From: an uncultured Fibrobacterota bacterium
GTDB lineage: Bacteria > Fibrobacterota > Chitinivibrionia > Chitinivibrionales > FEN-1185
DNA length: 64,000 nucleotides
Direction: 5' to 3'
Assembly: GCA_963729895.1 (NCBI GenBank)
Contig: CAVSQB010000036.1
Coordinates: 31,227 to 95,226 of the forward strand
The notes beneath the pieces were generated by a model that was not told the origin of the DNA, did not search any database, and saw only the letters and a program-made list of their open reading frames with translations. Positions 29,639 through 39,982 of the stretch are shown one piece after another (the stretch's first letter is position 1; each line of letters opens with the position of its first letter). A program made the position numbers and the translations under genes.

Positions 29639-31162
29639 ATGGAGTCTTGCATGGCGTCAGACCAAGAACATCGCCTTCTCTCTCAGCGGGAAGATGATTA
29701 CGCGCTCATTACCGAGCGCATGAGTCCGGAAGAAATGCTTCAAAGAGCCCAACGGCTTGAAGGTCTTGGCGTTCTTGCCGGCGGCATTGCCCATGACCTG
29801 AACAACCTTCTTACGGGCATCTTCGGTTATATCAGCTTGGCAAAAGAAAACATTGAAAGAGAATCGGATGCGGCGCACTATCTTGATAGCGCGATTTCGA
29901 CCTTCAATTCGGCCCAATCCCTCACGCGACAGTTGTTGACTTGTGTTAAAGGCGGGAGCACGGCCAAAACAATAATCTCTCTCTCATCCCTTCTTAAGGA
30001 AGCCTCACAACTCGCTTTGAGCGGGTCTAACGTATCATCTGAATTTGACATCCCTCATGACCTCTGGAATTGTGATGCCGACAAGTACCAGATAGAACAA
30101 GTCCTTCACAACATTCTCATCAACGCCCGCCAGGCTATGCCTCACGGGGGTAACATCGTTATATCCGCACGCAATGTTCCCGATGGCGAACCCCTTCCGC
30201 CCTCGTTACATCCATGTCCCTACGTCAGAATCTCAATCAGTGACCAGGGCATGGGAATTCCAAAGGACATTCTTCCCCGTATCTTCGACCCGTTTTTCAC
30301 AACCAAGCAGCAAGGCAGCGGCCTCGGGCTTGCAACAGCTTACTCGGTAATCAAAAAACATGGTGGCCATATACAGGTTGATTCCGAAGAGCTCAAGGGA
30401 GCTACCTTTTCCATTTTTCTCCCGGCGACTCAATCCTCTGTTTGCACTGAATCATCAATTCCATCACTTACATCTCATGCGTGTCATGGAAAACTTCTGG
30501 TTATGGACGATCAGGAAGCCATCCTCGACATCTCTCAAGCAATCCTGTCCCACAATGGATATGTCGTCACCGTCGCAACCCACGGCACGGCAGCTATTGA
30601 TTTGTACCAAAAAGCATTGTCAGAGCAAAAGCCTTTTGATCTCGTGATTGTAGATTTGACGATTCCCGGCGCTATGGACGGCAGGCAAACCATGCAGGAA
30701 TTGTTGAAGATCGATCCCTCGGTAAAAGTTATTGCGTCCAGCGGATATCCCGATGATCCCATTCTCGCAGAACCTCACAAATACGGGTTCAAGGGGAAGC
30801 TCGCGAAGCCCTACTTGACAGAAGCACTACTTCGGGTAATTGAGCAGGCACTTCTTACCCCCCCCCCCCCCCGCTTCTTAGAAGTAAATCCACAATTATC
30901 CAAAGCAAACAAGCAAATATTAAACGTAAACTGCCGCATTCCTCCCGTCCGTTCCGTTTCCTTGCGGCCGCTCCTGCACAGGCTTCCACATAAGGCACGC
31001 CCTGCCTGCTTTTCGAATCATCCTTCGTATCGGCGTACCTTCGCTTTTTCGTCATTCCAACAGCGAAGGAGGTTCTATTGGTTCAGAAAGTTTCAGACCT
31101 CATCATCATCGTCGACGATATGCCCGAAATCGCCGATACCATTGCTGAGCGGCTGCGTTTAG
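29639..31162 (+). CDS. Hybrid histidine kinase (HisKA-HATPase-REC) lacking a sensor domain
   Basis: LAGGIAHDLNNLL, NILINARQAM, FDPFFTTK and GSGLGL; REC motifs VMDDQ, VDLTIPG, SSGY, KPY. The natural end is probably TAG at 30879-30881 (see findings). Confidence 0.9.
   Translation: MESCMASDQEHRLLSQREDDYALITERMSPEEMLQRAQRLEGLGVLAGGIAHDLNNLLTGIFGYISLAKENIERESDAAHYLDSAISTFNSAQSLTRQLLTCVKGGSTAKTIISLSSLLKEASQLALSGSNVSSEFDIPHDLWNCDADKYQIEQVLHNILINARQAMPHGGNIVISARNVPDGEPLPPSLHPCPYVRISISDQGMGIPKDILPRIFDPFFTTKQQGSGLGLATAYSVIKKHGGHIQVDSEELKGATFSIFLPATQSSVCTESSIPSLTSHACHGKLLVMDDQEAILDISQAILSHNGYVVTVATHGTAAIDLYQKALSEQKPFDLVIVDLTIPGAMDGRQTMQELLKIDPSVKVIASSGYPDDPILAEPHKYGFKGKLAKPYLTEALLRVIEQALLTPPPPRFLEVNPQLSKANKQILNVNCRIPPVRSVSLRPLLHRLPHKARPACFSNHPSYRRTFAFSSFQQRRRFYWFRKFQTSSSSSTICPKSPIPLLSGCV
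30858..30872. repeat. C15 homopolymer tract
   Basis: Directly visible in the sequence. Confidence 0.95.
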
Positions 31163-31458
31163 CCGGTTTTAAAAACATTGCTGTCTATAAGGACCCGCGC
31201 GAAGCCCTAAAGAAGATCATCATCGACAACATCCGCCCGGCAATCGTCATTACCGATTTCAACATGCCAGGTCTTACCGGCGTGCAGCTTCTTGATGAAA
31301 TCGACAAACTCCACCCGGAAATTGACGGTGTTGTCGTCACCGGAGATATTTCAGCCGCCATGGAATCGCCCCACCGGTACCGGATCTTCGACAAATCGAC
31401 GAATTTCTATCGGGAACTCATAGCCCACACTCTCGCCATTATCCGTTCTCGCGTGTGA
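31078..31458 (+). CDS. Single-domain response regulator
   Basis: IIVDD, ITDFNMPGLTG and VVTG motifs; AAGGAGG Shine-Dalgarno before TTG. Confidence 0.88.
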   Translation: MVQKVSDLIIIVDDMPEIADTIAERLRLAGFKNIAVYKDPREALKKIIIDNIRPAIVITDFNMPGLTGVQLLDEIDKLHPEIDGVVVTGDISAAMESPHRYRIFDKSTNFYRELIAHTLAIIRSRV

Positions 31459-31459
31459 C

Positions 31460-31990
31460 AGCTCCTCGATGCATGCCGAACCGGTCCTTACAGCCCTCAA
31501 AAACGCCGGCGTCGTCGTCTGCAACACGGAAATTCCGCGCTTGGAGCACAGGTTCCCTCTTAAGGCCACGCGACCACGGACAAGGGCTACATCCGCTACA
31601 GTGGCCTCAACGCGGAGGATTGGTATCCTACGCAAAAGCTCGCCTCGCAAAAGGAACGCCTGGCGCAGCGCAACGCGCGGTATGATTATCCACTCCACAG
31701 AGGGCCCCCGGCTTTGTCTGGGGCTTTTTGTTACGGGATGTCGCATAATAGTCTTCGGCTCGAAAAGCCGAAGAGATTTGTCAGGGCCGCCGACCTATTT
31801 CGGCGGTGCTCCATGAGTATTCGGACGAGGAACTGCTGCAGCGAGTTAAAGGCCAGCTCGTGCTGCACACCAAGACGGCCATGGCGGCCGTCGCGTTCAA
31901 TAATCATTTCCATCCAGGCAAAGGCAATCCGAAATGCCATGCAGAACATGGAATTCTTGGTGAACATTTGAATTTGCAGAATGGTTCCGC
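31460..31990 (+). pseudogene. DUF72-family 3' fragment with frameshifts and an internal insertion
   Basis: Pieces in shifting frames: VVVCNTEIP, TTDKGYIRYSGLNAEDWY, RYDY|EYSDEEL, VAFNNH, QAKAIRNA. Confidence 0.65.
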
Positions 31991-32075
31991 CAAAGCTTAA
32001 CAGAATCAAAAAGGGGCACCTGCTCTCCTTTAGGCACCCCAATCGGCCGTATGATGGCCGGCCTACCTTAATTTA

Positions 32076-33278
32076 CTAAAATTGCTGTCCAAAGTAAACA
32101 TAAATTCCGTTTAAGGTTGATTTAAGAAATCCTAAATCCAATGATAGAACAAAATCATTACCCCACCCGAAGCGAAGCCCGCAGCCGTATGTCAAGTACG
32201 CTTCAGGTTCCATTTTCAAAGGCGAAGAAAACGTATTTCCGATATCTGAAAAAAGGACCGACCCCAACGACCAGTCGTCTCCAAAGGCATGAAGCCTGAA
32301 AATTTTCATCCGGCATTCCGGCGTGAAGACATAGCAGAAAGGATCCCTGTACCTGTATTGCTGAATACCCCGCATACTCCCCTGCCCGCCGAAAATATCT
32401 TTGGGATCAATTGCCAGGGTCTTCTCATACTTGAAAAATGGAGCGTCACCGTACAAATAATTAACCAGGAGTCTTGAAGCGAGGGTTAATCCATTCAATT
32501 TCCTAAATGGCGTGGCATATAGCGCAAGCGTGGACGTCCCTTGAACGTATGAATAGGAACTTAACAGGTTCTTATTGCTGAGAGAGACATACGTTTCCCA
32601 ATAGACTCCGGACGAGGGATTGTAAATATCATCTCTTTTATCAATTATATATCCGATAATTTCCTCATGAATGAATCCCCCATCGATCCCAAAGGGCCTT
32701 TGCGCAAACAAAAGCGGTTCCACCCCATTCGCAGGGACCTTGTGAGATTCAAATATTCCGTAATCCTCCGCCCGGATACCAAAGGTAAATTCCGAATGAC
32801 TGAGAATCAGCGGTACTTTGTCGTTGAGAAAAATCCCGAATAACGCTGTGACTGCCGGATTTGATTTCCCGTAGTAATACTCATAGTCCGCGGCCTTTTG
32901 CATGGTGTATCCCATCGCAGCATCGGAGTTCCCGAACCCGAAATAGTTATTATAGGGCGTCCGGTCGTACGAAACTCTCAAACACAGCTTCCAGAGCGAT
33001 GATTTTGTATAATCCGTTTCAATGAATGGCGCCAGAATCGAAGCTGTGGTCGCATACAACCTGCATTTTATCCTGCATGTGTCCTGTTGCAGCGTGTCCT
33101 TGGGCAGGATCGCCGCCTCCCCATAAGCGCCAAACCCCATTCCTGCGTCAGGGTCGTAGTCCAAAATCGGAGAACCTTTGAGGGAGACGCTGGCTTGGGC
33201 GGAAACAGTCATTCCCAAATCCAAAACAATCGCAAAAATCAATATAATTAGTTTCAAAGCATGGCTCATGATGTCCAT
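32076..33278 (-). CDS. Omp85/BamA-TamA-like outer membrane beta-barrel protein
   Basis: Signal peptide; PILDYDPDAGMGFG, DKRD..YNPSSG, GGQGSMRG and YGCGLRF motifs; C-terminal GQQF. Confidence 0.8.
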   Translation of the reverse strand: MDIMSHALKLIILIFAIVLDLGMTVSAQASVSLKGSPILDYDPDAGMGFGAYGEAAILPKDTLQQDTCRIKCRLYATTASILAPFIETDYTKSSLWKLCLRVSYDRTPYNNYFGFGNSDAAMGYTMQKAADYEYYYGKSNPAVTALFGIFLNDKVPLILSHSEFTFGIRAEDYGIFESHKVPANGVEPLLFAQRPFGIDGGFIHEEIIGYIIDKRDDIYNPSSGVYWETYVSLSNKNLLSSYSYVQGTSTLALYATPFRKLNGLTLASRLLVNYLYGDAPFFKYEKTLAIDPKDIFGGQGSMRGIQQYRYRDPFCYVFTPECRMKIFRLHAFGDDWSLGSVLFSDIGNTFSSPLKMEPEAYLTYGCGLRFGWGNDFVLSLDLGFLKSTLNGIYVYFGQQF

Positions 33279-33416
33279 TAAAATACCTTATTAATTATGT
33301 AAACCCTTTCAAATCGTTCTCCGATATGCGGACAACGTTCTTTTGGGGTTAAAGAATCCAGTTGACTTTTATTTTTTAGGACGTGTATATTATACACGTT
33401 TTCAGGACAGCAAAAA

Positions 33417-33545
33417 ATGACCAATAAAAAGCCTTGGCAACCCCTCGACGTTCCGCCCGAGGTTACCAAATCCGGAGTGTTTGTGGGAACGTCCGGATAC
33501 CATTACGACGACTGGAACGGCATCTTTAATCCGCCAAGGCCGTGG
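33417..33545 (+). pseudogene. DUF72-family 5' fragment
   Basis: Hand translation MTNKKPWQPLDVPPEVTKSGVFVGTSGYHYDDWNGIFNPP matches the DUF72 N-terminal GTSG..Y.DW.G.F.P motif, then breaks off. Confidence 0.65.
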
Positions 33546-33546
33546 T

Positions 33547-34071
33547 CTAGTCAGCTCGCAGTAATATCGAGGCGATAGTATGTGATTTTCCCGATCCGGT
33601 TGCACCAACGACAGCGATGTGCTTATTGAAAAACTTGTCTCCGTGAACAGGAACGTGAATGTCTCTATGTCGTGTGAGTGCAGAGAACGTGAACTGATGC
33701 TCTTTTTCGAATGCATCTCCGAAGATTGAACTGACTTCTTTGGCAGTAGCGGGAACGACTTTCTTAGGCGGAATTGCCAGTTCATCCCCGCCACGTCGAA
33801 ATTTGCTCGCTTTTAGTGTACCTAAAGGAAATGCGTCGATTACGTAAATCCGCTGTGTGTTGCCCTCTTTGTCCTCCCGAACCTCGATTGCAAAACTTTC
33901 AATTATACACATTAAAGCAACATTTTCGTTATCTGACACCTTTAGGTAAGAACCTACACGAAGGCTTTCTTCTGCGTGTCTGAAAGAAGTGAGATCGTCG
34001 ACGGAGATGCGCACTTTGTTGGGATATACTGAAATTACTTCAGCATTGACAGGCTCTGGTGTGTTAGGCAT
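33547..34071 (-). pseudogene. herA: HerA-like ATPase, truncated just after Walker A
   Basis: HAS-barrel-like N-terminus, FRRGGD..AIPP and FFNKHIAVVGATGSGKSHT, then a stop after 174 aa; lies directly downstream of the DUF4297 gene. Confidence 0.85.
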
Positions 34072-34083
34072 TACACTTCCCTC

Positions 34084-35267
34084 CTATATTATGTTTTCAA
34101 TCATTTTAACCGATGTAACAGGAATAGATATCTGTGCATATTTGCCCGAATCATTTACTGGCTTATCCTTAAAAAAATCATAAAGGAATCGGCACCTTCC
34201 CTTAATGCTTGTCAATGTTTTAGTGAAATCCTCATCCGACGAAATTATTCGAAGGGACAACTGATTTGTTTTAGTTTGCGGAAGACACAGCTGATCAACG
34301 CTAAATGATGACCCCAAAAAAACATATCCGTCAACAAATTGAACATTCTCTTCGTGCAGCAATGTCTTTAATGCCACAAGTTTATTGGCATTCAGTCCCT
34401 TAAAAAAGACAAATGGGGCGTACCGTTCTGCGTTGGGTTTCCTACGGGAACCATGGCTACTCCAATTTCGACGTAATGCATGACAAATCGAAAGAAGTTC
34501 GTTATCCGTACTCACTAGTGCTGAGTCAATCGCAAATATTCTGTGATCGGCGTCAATATTCCGATGGCTAAAATAACTGGCTTTTAATGATGAGCTGTAT
34601 GTCTTTTCTCCAAGCTCACGAAGAGACCACGTGTTGTATAAAGCATGTGATGGAGAAACTCGCGAGATAAATTCTGCTTTTGAGAGTTGCCGCACGACTG
34701 GGTCTTTTGTCGCCGCAATACTCGAAACGATAGTCCGTGCAGACGGGTAAAGGAAACTCTCAGCCTCAAAATCGGTTGTTTTGCAACTCATCTTTAGGGC
34801 TTCAATAACCCTTTGCTTGTGGTCTTTATATTCTTCTGTGACGTGAATGTTCAACTTTGACGAGAAGTCAAGAATATCCTGATCGGACGCACCTATTTCT
34901 TTTTGAATGTTGATAACAACCAAGTGTGTACCCGGCTGAGTAGATCGCTCTTGGCGGATAAGTAATTTTTTGATTTCATCTCCTGTCAGTATTTTTTCCT
35001 CGGAGACAGAATCTTTGAAATATCCGTAAAGATGGAACTTTCTTTTAGCTCTCTCCTTTTTGTTTATTTGTAAAAACCCCTTGAGCATTGGAAGAATCGC
35101 ATCTCGGATCGTGACATCGTGGCTTGCGTAAGTTTCGTTGCCTCATAGTATTTGCATTGGAATAGTTCGGACATATCTTTGCTGGATACATCAAAATCCT
35201 CAATTCCCTCAACGGTAAGGCGTTCATCGTCTTTTAATTCAAGAATTGAAAGTATAGTGGCATCAAA
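34084..35267 (-). pseudogene. DUF4297-family nuclease, main part (split by insertion; 8-bp frameshift)
   Basis: FDATILSIL...LTVEGIEDFD...FQCKYYE (nuclease-type motif) lies upstream of and out of frame with track ORF 34084-35088; paired with HerA. Confidence 0.8.
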
Positions 35268-35410
35268 CGTGTGACAAACGCAAGAAGTTGCAGCATTGGC
35301 GACATGACGGCTGCGAGCGAAGCGAAGACGCCGACGAAGCCATCAAAGCTGCAATTTGCCGAAGGCCGAGGGCGGCTTTGCGCCCGATGCTTGCTTTGTT
35401 TGTTGTAAGC
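35268..35410 (-). other. attC-like hairpin recombination site
   Basis: Minus strand GCTTACAAC...imperfect long stem (GCAAGCATCGGGCG / CGCCAATGCTGC; ACAAAGCAAG / CTTGCGTTTGT)...CG|TT; about 143 bp with non-canonical spacing. Confidence 0.6.
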
Positions 35411-35548
35411 TTTAAATTTGCACCCTACCATATTTCAAATTCTTTTCCGCCGCCGTCTGGTCGTCTTGAATTCTTAATTTGTGCCCGATTCTTTCGCCGG
35501 AACACATGACGTGTGGAGGCGATATTGTCAATTTTATTTGCATTTGAC

Positions 35549-36361
35549 CTAAAAACGGAAACGCCGTTGCTTCATTCGCATTATTGCCAAATCATGTTGA
35601 AAATTATATGCCATGTTTTGGGGGCCATATTCAATCATTTTGCGTCTATTAAGAAAACCGTTCGATAATTCCTTCTGAATCGGCAAAATTGTACTGCTGA
35701 CCATTTCGTCGAATTTATTTGCTTTATGCAATTCGATAAATTTTAGCCTTAAGAAAGGCGATAGGTAGGCTTCGGTATCGGCTATCTTAGGAAACAGGAA
35801 CCATAACATTGACTGATTTGTTCCCATCATTTCTTGAAAATCAAAAAATACAAGTGCATTGCTATCATGCCATTCTTTCAATACCCTGCATTCTTCTGGA
35901 AAGAGCACTCGTAGAATAGGTGGATTATTAATTATGGCCGAGCTTTCTTTAACTGCTTTTTCAAACTGAATTTTATCCGTTGGCCGCCTAGACCCGTTCA
36001 CAACCCACGCAAGTTTTGGATAAAATGCATTTCGTGAACGGCGCTCATCAGGTTTAAGAAAGGAATGTTGGAACTCGAGTATCCAACCGGTTTCTGTTTT
36101 TACGTCTGCTATGTGTTTCTCACCGTTTTCAGCAAAATGAACTATTTCCTGCCATTCTCTTGGAAAACTATCTTTCCAAGATCGATGCCAGTCGGTTTCA
36201 TTTTCCAACCATGGATCACAGTTACGTTTTCCTCTATGTGACCAATAATTAACATAAACCTCTCCACACTTGGCAATTACTTCTGACTTACAAAGAGGAC
36301 ATAAACCCTTGGGTCCTTTTGTCGCTTCAGATCTTTCGCCATTGATTAATGCATATTTCAT
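35549..36361 (-). CDS. CoiA-like nuclease-family protein
   Basis: CPLC...AKCG...WSH...CDPW.ENETDWH..WK zinc-type N-terminus; HIADV...LEFQHS nuclease motif. Confidence 0.8.
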   Translation of the reverse strand: MKYALINGERSEATKGPKGLCPLCKSEVIAKCGEVYVNYWSHRGKRNCDPWLENETDWHRSWKDSFPREWQEIVHFAENGEKHIADVKTETGWILEFQHSFLKPDERRSRNAFYPKLAWVVNGSRRPTDKIQFEKAVKESSAIINNPPILRVLFPEECRVLKEWHDSNALVFFDFQEMMGTNQSMLWFLFPKIADTEAYLSPFLRLKFIELHKANKFDEMVSSTILPIQKELSNGFLNRRKMIEYGPQNMAYNFQHDLAIMRMKQRRFRF

Positions 36362-36423
36362 TTAGTTTATCCAGTACTATCGCGCCGGAATAAATGCGTA
36401 AGGAGGCAACATTGGTAAACCAA

Positions 36424-39400
36424 TCAGTTTATTGAAAGAGCTTTAAAAGCATCTATAAATCTAGGATATCGAAGTTCAAGAAAATTCATAAAACCATTGT
36501 TTTGATCGGGTTTTGCGCCCAAGATGCTGCTTTTGAAGATTTCATTATATTTTCCAAAAAGTTCAGCCAGTATTATACTTCCAGAAAGCCAGATCTCATT
36601 CTTTTTCCTAAGATCTATAAATTTTAAGAATGCAACAAGTTCACTAGGTTTTGAATTTGCACAACATTTAAGCAATTCCTGGAAATAATCAGTTTCAATC
36701 TTGTGGACGATGGCAAGAACAAATTCACGGTGTTCTTTGAAATTGTGCCAAAAAAAGTTTGACATATAGCTAACACCAGCGGATAAACAGTGATTAACGA
36801 ATTTCGCAAGAAACTTTTCTGATACTAGACAGGACCGTATATGTACACCTGAAGAAACCAATAGAGCATTTCCTGAACTGTCAATCTTTTGAAGAAAGTC
36901 ATTCAAGTGATCGATTGGTTCCGCAAGAAATGATTCAGGGTTGTTATTTATCAATTCTATTAATGGATTTAATAATTTGTCATCCGAACCTTGGTAAAGG
37001 GATAGAATTTTTAATATTTGACGTAAATGACAGTTACCTATCCGGTGAGAAGTAGAATAGGGGCGTTGACTAGCGCGTCTCAGTAAATAAGAAACTGACC
37101 TGAAGAAAACGCCTTTATTATTTAAATAGCTAAAATCCTGTCGAAAAGCTATTTGACCTCCTTTCGCACCATCACGAAGGCGGGTCAGGTGTGAGACTAA
37201 TTCACCAACACTTTGGTAATTTATTTGCGTAGATTTCTTATTAATATTCCTACTATTGCGTATTAATAGTTCACTTGCGAGTCGTTGAGCAGTAGAACCA
37301 TATCCTTTGAGCTTTTCCGCAAATGCTTCGAATTGGGGAGCTGGAATCTTGCGAGAATTTTCCAGAATACTTGAAGCAAAATCAGCTATTGCCATTGAAT
37401 CTAAATCGAGATCATCTTTTATTCCGATATCAGAAACTTTGCTAAAAAAGGTACAAATATGGGGAAGAGAGCTATGTTTTAGCTTATCGAAAAGCTTAGA
37501 CCTATTAGATTTGGAAAAGATTGAATTTAGTAATTTATCTGCATATTTATTGGCTGATGGGTTGTCGGTTTTGCGCCAAAATTCGATATAAGGAAATGTC
37601 ATGTCAAATGGTGAATTGTAAAAACTCTCAGTAACAACATTTATTCGAGCCTCTTTCTCAAGTTCGGACAAAAGCGACAAAACATTGAAGCCGACTTTGT
37701 TCTGGACATATATGAGGAAATTAGCGAAATGTTCTAATGGCGCACCTAAGCCTCTCTCAACTAACCTAACAGTATTCTCTGATGATAAAACGAACTTCAG
37801 AACAGAATCATGAAATTGAGGCTTTTCCGTTGCGAGATATTGTAAAAGCCCCTTTAAATAGCCCAAAGAGAACCTGCTGCGTGAACAAAGCGCAAAAAAC
37901 CTGGAATGTTCTTCAGTCTTAGTAATCTCATCCACAATAAGTTTTCGAAGCTTTCTAACATTTTCAGCACAAGAAAATTCAACAGTTTTATGAGAGGCAA
38001 TTCGATCAAGCCTATCAAGGACGTCTTTTATTGTGTGTGGAGGGGTTTTACCAGCCTGTTTTAGAATAGCGTCAATATTGATTATTAATTCGGGAATTAG
38101 TTTGGTAAATTCATCGGGATTATCGCGGAAACTATCGAACAGAAAATTGATAAGGCTTATTAAATCTGAGGAGGCTAGCACTTTTGCAAATGTTTTGGTA
38201 TCTTTTCGAATTATCTCATCATATAGCTTTGTGAAACCGGAGTAATAACGTTGCATAAGGGAAATCTGGCGGGTTGAAAGAATGGCTCCTTCCAAAAAAG
38301 CGTTATTAAGAAATTCTTTTCTGGCGAATAGTGTCCTAACTAGACCTCCGGCTGGTATTCTTTCTTGTTCAAAGACTGCATCTGCCATTTCTCTAATAAG
38401 CGCAGGCGCACGGGAAAGATTTACCTGTAAAACATCCAAAAGATTCTTTTTTTCGTGCCGGCAATATTCGGTTATTACTGCAAAACCAATAGCTGAATGG
38501 ATAAAGATGAATGAACCATTGGATGTTTTTCTGATATGCCCAATCTTTACTTCAGCCTTAAAGATAGGGATGAAACTATTATCTGCAAGAAATGCCGCAC
38601 GCGGTGCAGCTAAATCCAAAGTTGAAAAAGATGCTAGTATTGCAAGATTCTCTATTCCTTTTTCGGCAGAAATAGATGGTAGAATGAACCTTTGGCGAAT
38701 AACATCTGCAAAATCGGTCGATTCCAAGGTCAACTTATTTTCGAGCAGCTTCTTGCCACCAAAGGATTTCAGTGCAAATGCAAGCAAATAGAGGTCGTGT
38801 CCAAACCTGTCGAAGATATCCAAGAGTTCCGAATCATTTATGGTGATTTCTGAAGTTTGAGGGTCAAAATAACTAATTAGAGATTTGACGGATTCTTTTG
38901 ACGGCGTAAAAAAAATTGCTTTGCCGCCGTCTTTTACAAAGATATCCTCAAAATTCGGCTCTGAATTAAAATCTGTTTTTTTTGGAAATACAGGGGTTAT
39001 AAAAAGAGTCTTAAAACCGTTTATCTTTTGTGCAGATCTTATCTGGTGATAATCCTGAATAAGCGCCGGGCATAGCTGGGCATTATCAATGAGAACAAAC
39101 ATCCTTTTATGCCCGTTTGTCTGAACAAAATCGATGAAATCTTTTAATTGGAAACTATTTTGTTCGCGCAAGTCCAGATAAAGACAATCATAATTTCTGT
39201 TCTTAAAATGGAATGCAAGAATGAAAGAAAAAACTGTTTTGCCGCTACCCGATAGGCCTTTTAAGAGAAGAGCCGAATCTTCATCAAGGATTCGCACACA
39301 ATTGTCCGATAAATCCGAAGATACATAGACTTTGCTGTTTTCAAAAGCCTCTATTTCAGGAAATTGGTAGCTTGGATGTTTGAAGCGTATATCGTCTGTT

Positions 39401-39936
39401 ATCAGATGCAGGGGTCCGTAACTGTTCTGAATGCCATAGTGCCTTCTAAGTAGTGGTGCGTATTGAGGTTTTTCAAGTATGCTAACTAATTGATACCCAA
39501 AAATGATTTCAATTTCATTATCCTTTAATCCTAGAGAAGTTTGTATGAATGATCGCAAGTTAGCATCAATTTCCGAAGAGTCCGTTGGTTTCTTATCATG
39601 TAATGCTGTTAATACAATTAAAGCAAATGTTGCATGTAAATTAGATTTCATTAACTTTTCTGAAAGTGTCGTAATATCTTTTTCGACTTTTGACCTTAAA
39701 CCGGAATCATTGATTGTGCTTGCTTCAAGACATGCTATTCCATTTCGATATCTCTTCCATGCATCGGGATGGCCAGTCGTGCTGTGGTGACGCTCATTCA
39801 TTCCGCTAAAGTAATTAATGTTTTCAAATACTTCTGGTAAATAAACTTCAGCAAATCGGTCAGCAAAAAGTTGAAAACGGCCTTCGTCCTTTTCCCGAGT
39901 AAATTTATCAATGAGAATTTCGGCAATTGTAGGCAT
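36424..39936 (-). CDS. Large STAND-like NTPase with putative N-terminal nuclease and C-terminal helical repeats
   Basis: GHPDAW...LEAST N-terminal motif; Walker A GLSGSGKT; Walker B VLIDNAQ; long helical C-terminus; 1170 aa. Confidence 0.75.
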   Translation of the reverse strand: MPTIAEILIDKFTREKDEGRFQLFADRFAEVYLPEVFENINYFSGMNERHHSTTGHPDAWKRYRNGIACLEASTINDSGLRSKVEKDITTLSEKLMKSNLHATFALIVLTALHDKKPTDSSEIDANLRSFIQTSLGLKDNEIEIIFGYQLVSILEKPQYAPLLRRHYGIQNSYGPLHLITDDIRFKHPSYQFPEIEAFENSKVYVSSDLSDNCVRILDEDSALLLKGLSGSGKTVFSFILAFHFKNRNYDCLYLDLREQNSFQLKDFIDFVQTNGHKRMFVLIDNAQLCPALIQDYHQIRSAQKINGFKTLFITPVFPKKTDFNSEPNFEDIFVKDGGKAIFFTPSKESVKSLISYFDPQTSEITINDSELLDIFDRFGHDLYLLAFALKSFGGKKLLENKLTLESTDFADVIRQRFILPSISAEKGIENLAILASFSTLDLAAPRAAFLADNSFIPIFKAEVKIGHIRKTSNGSFIFIHSAIGFAVITEYCRHEKKNLLDVLQVNLSRAPALIREMADAVFEQERIPAGGLVRTLFARKEFLNNAFLEGAILSTRQISLMQRYYSGFTKLYDEIIRKDTKTFAKVLASSDLISLINFLFDSFRDNPDEFTKLIPELIINIDAILKQAGKTPPHTIKDVLDRLDRIASHKTVEFSCAENVRKLRKLIVDEITKTEEHSRFFALCSRSRFSLGYLKGLLQYLATEKPQFHDSVLKFVLSSENTVRLVERGLGAPLEHFANFLIYVQNKVGFNVLSLLSELEKEARINVVTESFYNSPFDMTFPYIEFWRKTDNPSANKYADKLLNSIFSKSNRSKLFDKLKHSSLPHICTFFSKVSDIGIKDDLDLDSMAIADFASSILENSRKIPAPQFEAFAEKLKGYGSTAQRLASELLIRNSRNINKKSTQINYQSVGELVSHLTRLRDGAKGGQIAFRQDFSYLNNKGVFFRSVSYLLRRASQRPYSTSHRIGNCHLRQILKILSLYQGSDDKLLNPLIELINNNPESFLAEPIDHLNDFLQKIDSSGNALLVSSGVHIRSCLVSEKFLAKFVNHCLSAGVSYMSNFFWHNFKEHREFVLAIVHKIETDYFQELLKCCANSKPSELVAFLKFIDLRKKNEIWLSGSIILAELFGKYNEIFKSSILGAKPDQNNGFMNFLELRYPRFIDAFKALSIN

Positions 39937-39982
39937 TTTATTCTTTACCTCTTCTTTGGCGCGACATTCATTTGATCTTTTC

